The translations under genes were made by a program, and so were the position numbers. 64,000 nt of DNA from Leptogorgia sarmentosa. Its lineage: Eukaryota. Of the stretch, positions 37,701 to 51,700 are shown in pieces. The stretch spans positions 2,728,001 through 2,792,000 of the forward strand of contig OZ210884.1 in the NCBI GenBank assembly GCA_964658305.1. Direction: 5' to 3'. Below the pieces are notes generated by a model that worked only from the letters and a program-made list of their open reading frames with translations, was not told the origin of the DNA and did no database searches. Each line of letters opens with the position of its first letter. The first letter of the stretch is position 1.

Positions 37701-40700
37701 ACCGGCATCGGGATAGGTTCCCAAGTTGACTGTAAAGTTTCCCAGGTCGCCTGAAATAAAAAATATTGCGATAAACATAAAATTGCGGCAACATAAAAGG
37801 CAGTTTTATACTTCAAATCATTTGAAGATCCACTCTGTAATGTTTCTGTAGGGTAACTGTAAATGTAGGTCTAGTCCAGAGGCCGCGGAAGATCGATAAT
37901 TGGGGGGGGGGGGGGGGTGCACATATTCATATATTCGTGATGTGCATTACTGATTTCCTATGAAATCAATTGTTTTCAAGGTCTTTGAACACAAATATAT
38001 GAATATGTGCCCTCCCCAATTATCGATCTTCCGCGGCCCCTGCTCTAGTCATTTAAGTGCTAGCAGAATACTGTGTTTCGTGGAAGAATCATTGAAGTCT
38101 ATGGGTACTCTGGAATGATAGCTAACTTTATATAAACAAGCCGATACTTGCTCAAAGCCAAGATGGCCGCCTCCAAACTCAAGTGATTGGCACTTAAATC
38201 TTACTTTCTACTCAGTAACTTCTTAACTTTCTAGAAAGCCCAAAACCACTAAAAACCTAAAAATTTTCGCGAGATTTTTTGCTCGATTTTCGTGCATGAT
38301 TTGAAAGTACTAGCTGTTGTCCTACCATAATGCTTTTAGATAAACATTAATACTATACAATGAAGAAATAAACAGGGACGAAATTTATCCATTTTCAACG
38401 TGTATTTTTGGTCAAAATTTTGTAAACTGGACTGGGACGAAAATTGACTCCTGTTGTTGAAAATACAATTATCGCCCCAATAATTCCGTTCTTAATGTAT
38501 TTCGGTGGTTTATTGGATTTCACCGGGAAAACGCAACATTTTCCAAACCATATACATATAGAACCAATACTTACTTTCTTCAACTGTTATAACTGGGTTT
38601 GGAGGTTCAAATTTCAAACCGCTGACACTTAACAAACGGCTGTAGGTACATTTGAAGGCAAATGCTAACGACTGTTTTCTTGTAATAACAGACCCTGGCG
38701 AAATCGGAACAGCTGCAGTCAACGTGTTGTTGTAGAAAAATTCCCGTTCAGTTTGAGAATACGTATTTCCGCATCCATTCAACGGTGTGGTCACGTAAAC
38801 GTGGGTTTGGTTATAGCTTGCTTTACATGCACGATCCGCAAGGTACATGTTGTCAATGTCAAGTGATGTTACTTCATGCCTTCCAAACACCACGGTGATC
38901 GAATCTTCGCCACATAAGACACGATATGATCTTGCTGTGAAAAAAATGCAGGTAAAATGGCGATTGAATTTCTGACTGCACAATTAGGCAATACAATAAT
39001 TTTGTATTGCATGCTGCATACAGCTGATACAGCTGATCGAGAAAATGTTGTCCTTCCAAAATCTTAAACGATGAATTATGAGCGTGCTGGGGATACATGT
39101 TTGTCACTTATTCAAAGCTGTTATTGTCGACAAATAAGTGTAATAACTAACTAAAGGCTCATAGTTTTTTCTTTTTACTATTATGCTATTGCATTGTCGC
39201 CATGTGAAGTACCCTTATAGTTTGTGGCTCCAAATGGAAATTAACCACCATCTCTTGCACGCTTATAGTTCATTGTCCAAGGTTTCGAGGACAACCTTTT
39301 TGAATCAGCTCCATAAATTAGAAATAATGAGTTCGAGACTCGTCGCAAATAACGTTTAATTTGTCGCGCGATTGAGTTTTAATCGCGCGACAAATATGCA
39401 ATCAACCTCATTAATTATAACCCGAAACTATAATATTGGACCCTTGTTTTTTAGATGCTCTTTGTTTCCGGATTAAACTTTTATTTCGGTCCCAAATTTC
39501 TATGGTTTGCAACATTCGGTTAGTTATCAACTTGACTTATATCAATATTATATTTCAATTCTGAAGCTGGAGTGTTTAAAAGTTAACACCATGCATGCAT
39601 TATATGATGGGTGACATGCAGTAAAATAAATATCCTAATTCGATAAAGTTAATGATATACCATTGCAAGTTGACTGTGACATTTTCTCTGCCAAAGTCGA
39701 AAGCTTATTGAAATTTTCCAACAGATAAACGTGTTCACTGGCTGGGGAGGATGCCATTGTTTCCAACTCAGATACTCTGATAGCAGAACCAACTCCAATG
39801 GAAAATATAGTAACACCAATGCCTTTGAGCTGCTGTGCTGGTTGGTCGACACTTCCGACGCTCTCGCCATCGGTAAGCACTACTAAAACTTTTTTCGCAT
39901 CTTAAAGGAATTGTAACATTATAATCAGTGTAATAAGGTCGCTTGAAATTGAGAATTAAAAAAACGCGATGAAATTCCGAGTAAAACATCAAACGTAGTT
40001 ATTTTTAAGGGACCGGTTATGGCAGGGTTGGGGGCCGAAGACAAAATGGTGGGGTAGCTAAATAACTAGGCATGTCTGGGGTGGGGTAAAATATTATGTA
40101 AGAAGGCCGTACCACTAGCTACGCACGGCTTGCACAAATTTTGGAACTTTTTTCAGCTTGAATGATTACCCCAGTTATTTACCAAGTTGTCAGCCTTGTT
40201 TTAAAAGGTGGGATAAAGAAATTTTTTGTAAAAAGAAAGTGGGTAAGAAAAATGTTTGGCTTTAAAACATTTTCTCTTCAGGCCCACCTCAAGGATTCAA
40301 CAGGTTGTTCTCGTTCGACAACTAGCTGCCTGCAATAGGTTTGCCTCGTTGGAGTACTTGGTGCATACAATTTATTGGCCTCATTTCCCTTATGAAAAAT
40401 ACACATGTGTTTCACAAATGTTTCACATGTGGTTCACATGGAGAATTGGAACAATCACATGTAATTCACATGTAATTCACATATGATTCACATGTGAACC
40501 ACTTGTGAACTGAAACACATGTAAAAACCAACATGTTAAACACATGTGAATCATATGTGAATCACATGTGATTGTTCCAATTCCACATGTGAACCACATG
40601 TGTTTCACATGTGGGTTTTTACATGTGCATTTTTCGTAAGGGTTGTGACATTATTAGGCGCAACAGGTCAGCCTCGCTGCATGTATAATGTTGGATAATG

Positions 40701-43700
40701 GCGATTTAAGTTTAAATAAACTTTCATAACATTTTCGTGCAATATGGCGCTAAATAATTTAATTCTTGACTCATCAATTGCACGATGTTGGCTTCGTTTC
40801 AACGGACTTGTGAATTTGATCCGACCAATGAAATCATGCATCGACGCGATTGCATTCCTATAAAAACCTGTAGTTTTGTCAAAACTCTGCATGACCGAAA
40901 ATACTGCATGAGTGCACTATGTATAATTCTCCTTGTTCTCTTTCATTTTTGCACTTGTAAAAAAAAAAACTAACAAACCTGAAAGTCGAGCCCCGTTGTT
41001 GGAATTGAACATCTCCGAATACGCTTGGGCTAAAGCTTTGGCAGTGTTTGTGCCACCTCCGCTGTAGGGAATGTTGTCGATTGCGGAATGGAGCGCCTCT
41101 CGGTTCAGAAATTGTTGAGAGAATGGAAAATGTAGTGTAGAAAATGACGCGTATGAGATAACGGATACTCTCGTGTTTTCTTGGGATATCTCAAAATGAT
41201 CGGTAAGATCTTTTACGAAAGATTTCATTTTGTCAAAATCATCTGAGCTGATGCTGCCGGAGCTATCTAGAACGAACCCAAGATCAATTTTCTTTGTGCA
41301 AATTTCGTCTAAAAGAAAAAATATATATAAATTTAATCTTGAAAATGCTACCTTCTGGTTTGATCACGCACGCTTTTTAATTCTACAAACATATGCGAGG
41401 CTGAAATTATGTTACGTAGTGTATTCAGACCCGCTAACCAAAGCGTTGAATGACGTCACAAAAAAACATTTGAAGACCCCATTTACAGCAGAAATAAAGT
41501 TCTGGATTCATAAAAGAATCGGTCGTATACACTGCAGGAGCTTTCGTCTGTACGTATTGGAAACCAGCATAAACGGGTCGAGTATTTTTGTAACATATTC
41601 GACAAAACAATAATGTCCTGCTTCTTGTCTGCCATCTTCAATGCAAGGGCCGCGGAACACGGGGGGCACTGGGGCACGGTGCCCCCCCCCCCACTTTTTG
41701 AAAACGAGAAAATGTGCCTTTTTTCGATTAGATTTGTGCCCTTTTTGTGTTATATAAGGCCTTTTGTGTCATATAGTGTGCGCTTGATATAATAATGTAA
41801 TTAATCATTAATGTCAGTATTTTACGGCATTGGGGGCAAGTGCCTCCCAATTTTGGACAAAGGGTAAATGTGCCCTTTTTTTGAAAGGAAAGTGTCCTTT
41901 TTCATCCGTGCCCTTTTTTGATTGTGCCCCCCCCCCCACTTTTCAGGTGCTTCCGCGCCCCCTGCTTCAATGTTTGGTATTCGGATAATAGCAGCCTTCT
42001 AGATCCAGACAAGGTTGTCCTCTACTAAAAATTTTTTTTCTCTTCTTTTCATAATATCAATCTGATCTTTTAATATGTTGTTAGGCTATACTTACTGACA
42101 TAAAAAATGTATGATTGCAAAGTTTTGTTTCCATGGCTACCAAAAAAAGCCACGCCCAATGGTGAAATTGACCCCATTTTGTAAACATATTTACTACAGA
42201 ACCACTCATGATAGAATGATGAAATAACTTTTATTTACACAAAAACAACTAGATCTAGGACTTAGACTAAAAGCTTTGGGATTGAAGCATTTTTCACAGT
42301 TCCACAGAAGAAATAATGGAAAGTCATGCGACCATTCTCAAGAATGTAGACATTGCTCAAAAACTATTGAACCAAATCTATTTTCCATAGTCTAAGTCCT
42401 AGAGATAGTTATGCGGACTCTATCCTGAAAATTTCATCAAGATAGCTTCAATACTTCTTGAGATATCCTGCACGCAATTGGATTTTCGGTATTTTGAGAA
42501 AAAGGCATTTAAAATTTTGACAAAGTTGAACGTTTAATAAATGCCTCATGCTAACATGTTTGCATACAAAAATTATCCGTACACAAATGGTAATGATTTG
42601 GTAAGACAAATGAGATCATTTAGTACAAGTAGTATTTACCAGACGGTACATTCATGTATATTTCACTTAAAGGTGCCCTCCACTCATAATGTAAACAAAT
42701 GCTTTGTTGACATTTTGAACAGCTATATTTGTAAAATATGATAATACTAACAGCATATCTAACGCTGTTTTGGTTTGCTATGGTCATAAATGGATATAAA
42801 TCAGAGTTTTGATTCAAAAAAAATTCGGAACATTACAAAATTTTTGCAATGTTATATCTGCGGGTCCCGATTTGTTATGAGCAGAACCGATGCGCAGAAC
42901 GGAGTGGACATCACCTTTAATGTACATGATATCATGTATTAATTCGGCTTTCAAATATCATGAATACTTTTGCCGCTGAAGTCCATGAGAGCATGTTTTT
43001 CATGAATTTTGCCTTCTCAAAGCTATTTCACTTCCTTCATTACACTGTAGCAACGAATTCCCCTGAAAATCACCGGTAAATATTGGTCAAAAACGTCGAA
43101 GCGTATGCGGAAATTGAGCAATATATTCAGTCTAGACACCGCCATTACAAAACCGTTGAAAAACCGTTGAAAAACCGTTGAAAAACGGTTGAATTCGGAA
43201 TATTAAGTATATTTAAATTCAAACAACGACCGTAGTGTGACCGTAGTGCATTATGGGTAGATGTAGAAAATTTGGCGAGCCGATGTGGCCGGTGGGCAGA
43301 AAGAGGGAATTGCACTCTTGAAGCACTACGTCTGCCAAACATACCCGAACGCCAGAGCCTACTTAGACACATACAACCTAAAGAAGTAAAATTGCAAATA
43401 TTTTTCGTGCTTCAAGACGATTTAACAATCAGCCTCCCAAACCACACAAGCACGACCAATTGTCGCACTTTTACGTGGCATTATATCACGACGATTCTTT
43501 GCGAGACAGGGATCGTGATCATGAGACTTTATGATGTCCTCACACAACTGATTGAGGTTAAATCTTGGCGGTTTAGAGGTTCGTCCACGCTAGACATGCT
43601 TCGCGCACAAAACGAACTCCTTTCCAACCGCCATCTTGGCTCTGGCAGCGAGAATGGCAACTAGTCACCAGTACTATCCCGCGCGGTCACGACCAAAGGA

Positions 43701-45175
43701 CCACGAAAAATGTGAATAACTCGTTATTATGCACAATTATTACAATAAAACATTTTGGAAAAGATGAAGGTTGGTTCAAAGATAATAATGCGGTTCATTT
43801 AGAAATTTGGACAATTTGATGAAAATTTAGTAGAGGACCCCCTTAAAAGTGATATGCCGCTTTGTCTAAGTCGGAAATGACGATAGCAAAATACTATGAT
43901 AAGTCCAATAAGATTAATGACAGGTATAGAAAGGGGCCGATGCCTACATAAAATTTGCTTCACCGGAAAGAAATGCACTACACCGTATAATTTGCGAATT
44001 GGCTATCTGAAGAAATGAGTAGCCCACTGTATTAAAAACAAAGCACTTTCATTACCTGGTTGTCCACTCTCTGCACTTCCAGACGTCGTCGGTGTTTCTC
44101 TTTTCACAACAGATTTCCTAATTGGTTGTTCACGAAGAGCCACCAACTGATTGTTTGATCCATCTTCTTCAACGTTAAGGTCACCTTTTAGCTCTATTTC
44201 ATACCAAAGTTCAAAAAATGTGACGTTATTCCATTATTCCGACGTCTTCCATTAAGACGAAAATTTGCTCAAAACTCAAATTGGTCGGAACATATATTTC
44301 AAATGTCGAGGTTTCTCAGTCGGCAGACTCACTTAAAAAGCTTTATAGGTTCATAATTAATGATATAAAACGAAAATAAAAAGATTTTGGATGGTACGCC
44401 TCCATATAGTTTGTTTACATAAAATAATTCACGCTTAAATCACCACTTTGCTAGTGAAAAAAGCCAGTTTTGTGGCATAAAAATAATGCTAAATAAAATA
44501 TTTTACTTTGAAAGATTTTGAAACCATATTTTGTCGCTTGTTTGGTTTTCTTGGGGATGCTTTCCTGTTTTATTTTCTCAATTTCTTCCTGTGTAACTTC
44601 AGCAAACGGAATTATAAATTGCAATCAGCAAACTGAATTTTAAAAAATGAAAGTAACTATAACTTCAGAGACTGTCACTCTCACACCAATCAGATTGCAG
44701 GAAATGTTATAGTTACTTGGAAATCTATACTAAAACTCTATAGAAACACGGAATTATTTTTGTATTTCCTAAATATTTCAAAACGAAGTCCGGTGTACAA
44801 AAAACGTCCGAAACAATGTCATATAATCAAGTTATAAAATTATAGTACAATATTCAGAATCTTACTTAAAATATTCTGATTTTCCCAAGATTGTTCCAAC
44901 GAGAATTCGTCTTGCCAGTCGGCACTATTGGCCGTAATTTGATAAATTCCTAGTAAACATAGAAGGAAAATGCGAAAAATCAATATCCCATATTCAGTAG
45001 TCATTACCTATACATTTATAAGCCTGAATTGTTATTGCTTCACCCCCCAAGACAAAACAAAATTCTACGCCTATAGTATATCTGCTTGTTTCGGTCGTAT
45101 TTTGTGCGTGTATTACTTACCCAAAGTGAAAAGTAGGAAACAAAACAGTCGATTGGACTGCAAAAGTACCATCAT
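34759..45175 (-). CDS. Gene D: vWA + ZP domain type I membrane protein, ~642 aa; exons 45175-45121, 44949-44866, 44193-44056, 41308-40979, 39900-39661, 38934-38575, 37750-37525, 36890-36604, 34967-34759
   Basis: GT-AG junctions are in frame (1929 nt). It has a signal peptide MMVLLQSNRLFCFLLFTLG and a vWA domain (DLGFVLDSSGS..GGTNT..VLVVLTDG). ZP-N runs VLCGED..C..TPLNGCG..FKCTY and ZP-C runs ETCRATPS..RFSIQVFRF..VYIHCDLRLC. Then come the furin site RKRR, a TM helix IMIAILVCAGLIVLLLTATVVFLV and a short tail. Confidence 0.88.
35987..36508 (+). mobile_element. Crypton-like non-autonomous element (short ORF + terminal hairpin); inverted partial copy at ~44400-44735
   Basis: ORF MAATFAEVSQEEIDKIKQESIPKKVKQAIKYGLKIF resembles the N-terminus of Crypton/DUF3504 tyrosine-recombinase proteins. 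A ~110-bp hairpin lies at 36397-36507. There are no TIRs. Confidence 0.6.
37877..38042. mobile_element. hAT-like MITE; second copy at ~57168-57327
   Basis: CAGAGGCCGCGGAAGATCGATAATTGGGG...CCCCAATTATCGATCTTCCGCGGCCCCTG; TSD GTCTAGTC/CTCTAGTC. Confidence 0.85.
40387..40642. mobile_element. CMC/Mirage-like MITE with subterminal TTCACATG repeats
   Basis: TT|CCCTTATGAAAA...TTTTCGTAAGGG|TT; many TTCACATG/CATGTGAA units in inverted arrangement. Confidence 0.7.
41644..41964. mobile_element. hAT-like MITE
   Basis: Perfect 8-bp TSD CTTCAATG; termini CAAGGGCCGCGGAA...TTCCGCGCCCCCTG; internal TGTGCCCTTTT repeats. Confidence 0.88.
42671..42916. mobile_element. Kolobok-like MITE
   Basis: TTAA|AGGTGCCCTCCACTC...GAGTGGACATCACCT|TTAA. 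It is probably nested in a larger element with termini GTCCTCTACTAAA (~42018) and TTTAGTAGAGGACCCCCTTAA (~43826-43846). Confidence 0.7.
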
Positions 45176-45227
45176 TTCTGAAAATATCCAAACGACAAAG
45201 TATTAAATTGAGCGAAAAACAGGAAGA

Positions 45228-45770
45228 TTTTATTTTATTTTATTTTTTATTTTACAAACTTTGCCGTTTCCGGCAGGCAATAACCCCACAGGGATGAACT
45301 CCAATTATGGTGTGCCCTTTTTACCTATAGTTACATATTGGACAAATATTACAGTATATACGACACAGTACAATTACAGTACAGTTATTTCAACAGCAAA
45401 ACTTTACACTAAGACTAGTTAATGGACGACCCGAGTGAAACTTTACACACACAGTTTTAAAGGTTTGCGGAATGTCAACTTGGTATACATGCTCAGTTAA
45501 ATTATGGTAATAATCGAGAAGTCCAGTTTTAAATTGCGAAATAGAAAGTTTATTATTGCGTAGTTGACCTGGTAGAGAGTTGAATATTCTGGGAGCCCTG
45601 CAGTGGAAGCTGTTTTGAAAAGTTAATGTATTGGCTTTTGGGATGTTTAAAGTGATCTGGTGATTTCCATTTGGGTTGTTGAGTCTCGTAGGGCGACCAT
45701 GCAGATTGTTTAGTGGAGATCTGTGGATCGGAAGAGTTGCGAAGTTGTTTATAAGTTGATTATTTTATGG
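45228..45770 (-). mobile_element. CR1-like LINE 3' end fragment
   Basis: Minus-strand translation LNIPKANTLTFQNSFHCRAPRIFNSLP..SQFKTGLLDYY resembles a CR1 ORF2 C-terminus. It is followed by a short UTR and an (AAAAT)n-type tail at 45228-45255. Confidence 0.7.
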
Positions 45771-48700
45771 TAGAAAATTCAATGGACCTTTAACCTTTAA
45801 CCTTTAACCTTGGAGACCAAATTTGAAGAAATTGAAATAAGAAATGATATTATAGCAGCTTGAAAGAGCATCTTGAGTTTGGTAAAACGTAATGTTTGGT
45901 CGCAAAGTGAAAAAAATATGACCTTGGGAAGTTGACAATTATTGTATATTTTAGTACTACGCGCGGAGGAGCGTTACCCCATTCGAATAGTTACCCCCGT
46001 TTCTCTTTTTGATAGATGTTAACGAGTGGACAAATGACCACCAAAAAATGTTCATAAAGTTCGCATGCTCCTACTTCGATTGACGTGTTGTTTTTATTTA
46101 AGTTTCCTTGATGTTTTTGATGTCCGAATTCCGAACTTCCTTTGCTATATTTTCTTTAAAGGTTTCGCGTTGTTTTAGCACACATAGAGCATCTATTTAT
46201 GGTTAAAAATGCTTACAACCATGCAGTACAATCATGCACTAGACAATTATGCCTCTAGCTAGACTATGCAGGTGATATCAATGGACTTATTTACATGCAA
46301 CTACTTCGCAGAAGTGGACCCGTTAGGACGGGAGGAGAGAAAGGGAGAGGGTAATTATCTCCGTCCGGCATTATCATGGTAACTGGTGTGAAAAAAGAGA
46401 GGTTTTTTCCCCTGAATTACAACCAGTATTCTTTTGTCGATGGGACAGTATCGTCTGTCTGCGAACGTATTGCCTAATGTTTGACTGAAACCAAACGGCA
46501 ATTAAAATTCCAGAATGGAAGCAAATGGGGGGAGTATTAATTTCATATAATTATAATAATAACCAGTGGTTGATTGTAACTAATTTTGTTTACTGCAGCG
46601 AGTCCACTTGCCTATTACTTCAAAGGGCCAAGATTTTCGGCATACGAAATAATAAAATATTTGTTCACCAGTCGGCAGCTCTACTGAGATATTATTGCAA
46701 TTCAATGGCCTACCACGGGATACATTCCTGCCACCGTATGAAAATTGCCTTATTAAGAATACGTCTTGAAGTACACCAAAACTAAGTTGAGCTAAATTTT
46801 TTTGGTTCAGTTATGTTCTGACAAAGTACTCGTTACTGTTTTGGAAGGAATTCTCTTTGAATACACAATAGAGTAGGTTACTCTAGGTTAATTTGAGCGC
46901 ATTTTATATAACCCAAACAAGAAATTTATCCCATAGGAAATCCAATTAGGCAAATTAGGATTAGAAAATAAGAATTTTTACCTGGAAAAGGAATACCGGG
47001 AATTACGGGCGGCATCATAATGATTTTTAGATGGGAGACAGAAACGGAAGTCTATTTTAAGCCAGTAAAACAATATCGGAGAGCACATAATAGACATATA
47101 GGCTGCTGAAACGATGGCGGGTTGTCGAGGAACGTTTGCTAAAATAATTTTGAAGGACTTGAAAACAGTTTTCGATACAAATTTTAAATAAAACCAGTGT
47201 TTCATTAAGGTTGTGTGATGATTAAATGCTGCTTGACTTACAGAACCTGAAAACGAAACGCAACTTTCAGAACGTCAAACTCTGATTGTTGTTTCATCCC
47301 ATGCATGCGCTTATCAACAATTTTGATTTATGTTCGCATCACTATATACAAGCATCAAGCATATCAGCTGCACTAAACATCAAATTGATTCGTCAAAATA
47401 ATGCCGGTATATAATCCTCCGTTTTTAAATCATGGCGATTTTTATCAATTAGTCGGTAGATTATTTATTTATATCAATCTATAATATATCAATTTTATAG
47501 TTATTATATAGTTATAATTTTTGCATTGAAACTTAATACAAATCGTAATGACCCATTAGCTCGTATCATCTTAAATTTGCATTGAGATTTAATTCATATC
47601 TAATCATTGTATATAATTATATTGGTCACTTTTATCTCTTACTGCTCTCTATTAGCTATTTGTAGAGATTTTCAACACGCAAATACAAGATAATAAACCG
47701 AAATATCTGATGAGAAGCCGGCATCTTTTAAGGTACCACCACTTCGATTTAATTGCCCACCATCCCCCCAACCGTGCTTAAAATTAAACTGCTTTATCAA
47801 AATACATTTCTTTAGTAGCCACACCCGACTCGCAAATTTTTTTCTTCGATCTAAGATCTTCGAGTTTTTGTTAGGTTTTGACAAAGTGTAGTTTTTGAGG
47901 TGGAAAGAACTTCAGTAGAACATACATACATACAGTTTGATCAAATTCTAAGCTTGTTTCATCAAATGCCACCTCTGCATTGTCTCTATTTTAATAAGTC
48001 GAAATTTACGAGCATAATTGGATCACATTATAAGCCAATTAGAGAGAAAAAAATCAAGGTATATTGCATGCTGATTATTCGTTTTACCGGGAAAGGAAAA
48101 TACCAGGAACTGGGTGGGCCATTGTCATTTTTTGTTTGCAGACAGAAAGCGAAACCATATTTTCAACCAATGTAACAAGAACAGCAACATGCATAGCATG
48201 CGTAGAGCATCGCATATAGGTCGGTTGAATCATGGCGTACCTGGTGTTTTGATAAATTAATGATCAAAGACCTTCAGTATAATATATAACTACACATATA
48301 TATATATTTTCAATTGTATAATAAATTCTGAAACTGCAATCATTAATAAATGTTATGTAATGAATGTATACTAGTTTAGGTACGGGCCTTCTTTTCAAGC
48401 GGTCAGTAAGCGAACGTGAAATTGAAATCCAACGGTTTTCATTCATCCAACGGGTTTACCAATGATTTCGGTCTGTTCTCCCAGCTATAGATGTATAGCT
48501 ATACAGCTACTTTAACTGGGTACCAATTAATTTAGAGTATATAAGGTATATAATCATGCGGAATTGTATCAAGTTATCGGCCCATTATTCATGCTGAAGT
48601 ATGAACGATATAAATGAGCAACAATTTGAATGTGATGAATTAAATTCCTTAATCTAATATTTTACTTTCGAGACTTTGGAACGATTCATTCATTAATGAA

Positions 48701-51700
48701 TACAATTGCTAGAGCTTATTATGTTATTTTCGAGACAGTCGAACGAGCTTCGCTTATCTTCGTTGTCTGCTACAAACTTTGCAAATTTAGCAAATTTAGC
48801 TCTCAATTATCTTCCTGCATTTTTTATATGAAGACATGAAACTGTTCGGTAGACGTTTGAAAACTGGGCAAAATATTCTCGGCTGATAGAGAAAGGAATT
48901 TGACGTTTACGTTCGTCCAATTGTGGTTTAGACCAAGATGGTAAAAAAAAATGTGGAACCGGCTATCTCAATTATAAAGTGAATAATCTGTTTTTCAAAA
49001 TAGCTTTTCTTCAAAATTGGTTAGTGTTCATTGCAAAATCATTTCCAAGCGTTGAAAACGCACATTTTAAAAAGTTACTTTCGTAACTTTTCCTTCATTA
49101 AATATTATGTCAAAATGCTAATGAAAAAAACCATTGATGGAAAGTCAATGAAAGCAAGTTTACCTGTTAAACAGCCACTGAAACAACCACAGTTTTGAAG
49201 CTCGGTATGATCTCTGCACCTTTCCTCTTTGCGACTCGGAACACAAATAATGCAATGAGGAAATATGAAGACACTTTATTGGTTGAAGACACCCTGTTGT
49301 TACATTACCTTCCGTTTATACACAATTAATCTACATATATCCATAGCAACATTTGCATTATTTAAATTACTGTGTGTTTATAACCACAATGACGATAGCT
49401 TAATATTATACTCTAAAATGATGATGACAAGTATTATCCATCCAGTCCCAGAAAACATTTTATTTGCGAGGTTTGTAGTTTTTTTATTATTAATTTTGCA
49501 ATTTCCGGTCGCACTAACGTCGAAGCTCTATGGGGGTGCAATTTTCTATGCTATACATATAGCCAAACACGTAGTAATTACAATGTTTCAAGTGCACCCG
49601 AGGACAATACACAATTTCGCAAATATTAACTTAATAATCCTTTTCAGGAAAAATGCCTAGTTCTGTATATATGGAAATCTTAACTCCAATTGCTAATTGT
49701 GCCCTAGTTTCGCATCCGCACAACTTTTTACATCGAAAGAATCTTAAATATGTTGCAAATCAATGCATAATTCCATGGCCATTCAGTCGAAATGTTGCAT
49801 TTAATTTTGCAGCGTAGGGGGTTTCAAATCAACTCTGCATGCATGTTGCGCCATGGAAAATGTTTCAGTTAGCCTGTGGGCGTTGCGATTTTAACAAATT
49901 CCGTATAGCGGAATATTATTCGAATATGTTTGAATAATAGTGGACCGCTTGGCCCAAATCTATACCTGTAAAACTAGGAATATTTTTTTATGCAACCGTT
50001 TCACGTAAACACGAATAAAGGCTGACTGCGGGTTTGCTGGAAACCAATTGTGTTGGAATTATGGCAATGTCGACATAAAGAGCAAATGTACTGAAACATG
50101 CATGCTGGCTATTCTTGGCCCAGATGTGCTAAATTCCAAAAAGGTTGAAATTGAAAACAATTACCGTTTACTCGTGGTCGCCATCATTTTTGGAAAAAAA
50201 ATGTTCACATTACTGTGAATCGATTATTATCAAACAAATTGTCCCCCAAAATAATCAAAACCACATTTAAATAACTGATATCACATTCTCAAAATTAAGT
50301 GATTTTGTTAACCAATCACGAGATTTTCAGTTACCACTATAACCATCTTGTTTTTTTAGTCATATATTAGAATTCCAAATATAAAACCTTGACATGATAA
50401 GACATTCTATCGTCATCTCTGGTTAGTACGATAATATAAAATCTTCAGGACGATACATAGAATTAACGATATAATTATAGTGAATGTGTTTTGCCATGCA
50501 TGGAGAAAAATGCTAGGAATTAACCGCGATGATTGTTTTTTTATCTGCACACAGGGAATCGAAACTAACATATCTTATCATTAAAATAAAATATTTTGCA
50601 ATCATTGTCTCCTCACCTTTACAACGGGAATCGAAAGAAACTTTCGTATGTATCTTTAAAATTCAGAAATCCACATGCATTATAGGGAAATTTTAATAGC
50701 ATATGGCAATCAATTTGCCGAAGACCGCTGAATGTCAATTTAACTAAAAAGTACACTCTATGTTTCTAGTCTCTGTCAAGCTATAAAAATATATTTACTC
50801 TATTATAATAAGTTAGTCTACTGTCTCATCAGGGAGATCTGAAAAGAAAACAAAGATGAATAGGCCATACAAAAATACTAAAGGCAACTGACCAATCGAT
50901 ATTTGATTATCCTTGGTAAGCTTGGAAGAGTATTAGATCGGAGTAGCTAGAGACTCATAAATAATTTCCGATTTGAAATTATTGAACGATCCTTTTGGAA
51001 AACTATACTGAAATTAATTTTATTACCAGAAAGGTGATAGTCATTTTGAGGGTTTGCAAATTTGCACCGTTTGTTTCGCAAATCATAATCAAGAACATCA
51101 CATATTTCTACGTGTATTTTACATAATGAGTGCAGTAAACTGATGTTTATAGGGCGTATATATTTTCACTAGCTATAGCTTAGAAAAAATCCAATTGTTA
51201 TTTCACAATTAACCTTCCGTAAAAATTTTTTGTCGCACTAATACTTGAAAAAAAATTAACTTAAATATCTTATAGAAGCTATCTTAAATAAGTGAATATC
51301 CAACTTCGGCAAACTGGTTCATTTTACAAAGCGTCTCAACTCCTTATCTTTTCAGGCTATATTTGGACACTTTTGACAGACAGTTTCACTTTAATTTGAC
51401 CTGCGGATTGTTCGCCTACACTGAGAACGATTAATGAAATGAGGAAATGCATGTGCTGTGTATACCGAAAATTTTCACCACAGAGAGAAACCCTGCAATT
51501 ATTTCTATATATTATTTACTTCCCTGTTTATTAGTATCCATGGCAAACTATCATCTCGACTTCCGCAATCAATCCCCATTGTGTGATTTTCAATAGGACG
51601 ATGTCTTTGATCAATTTTCGTTATGCGAGTTCAATAACTGTGACGACGTAAAAACGAGTGCGATTTTGGCTGGGATGCAAGGTTATAAATAGCAACATAT

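Noticed and set aside
43272..43664. 130-aa ORF in gene D intron
   Set aside because: Lies within a probable Kolobok-like element and has no identifiable domain.
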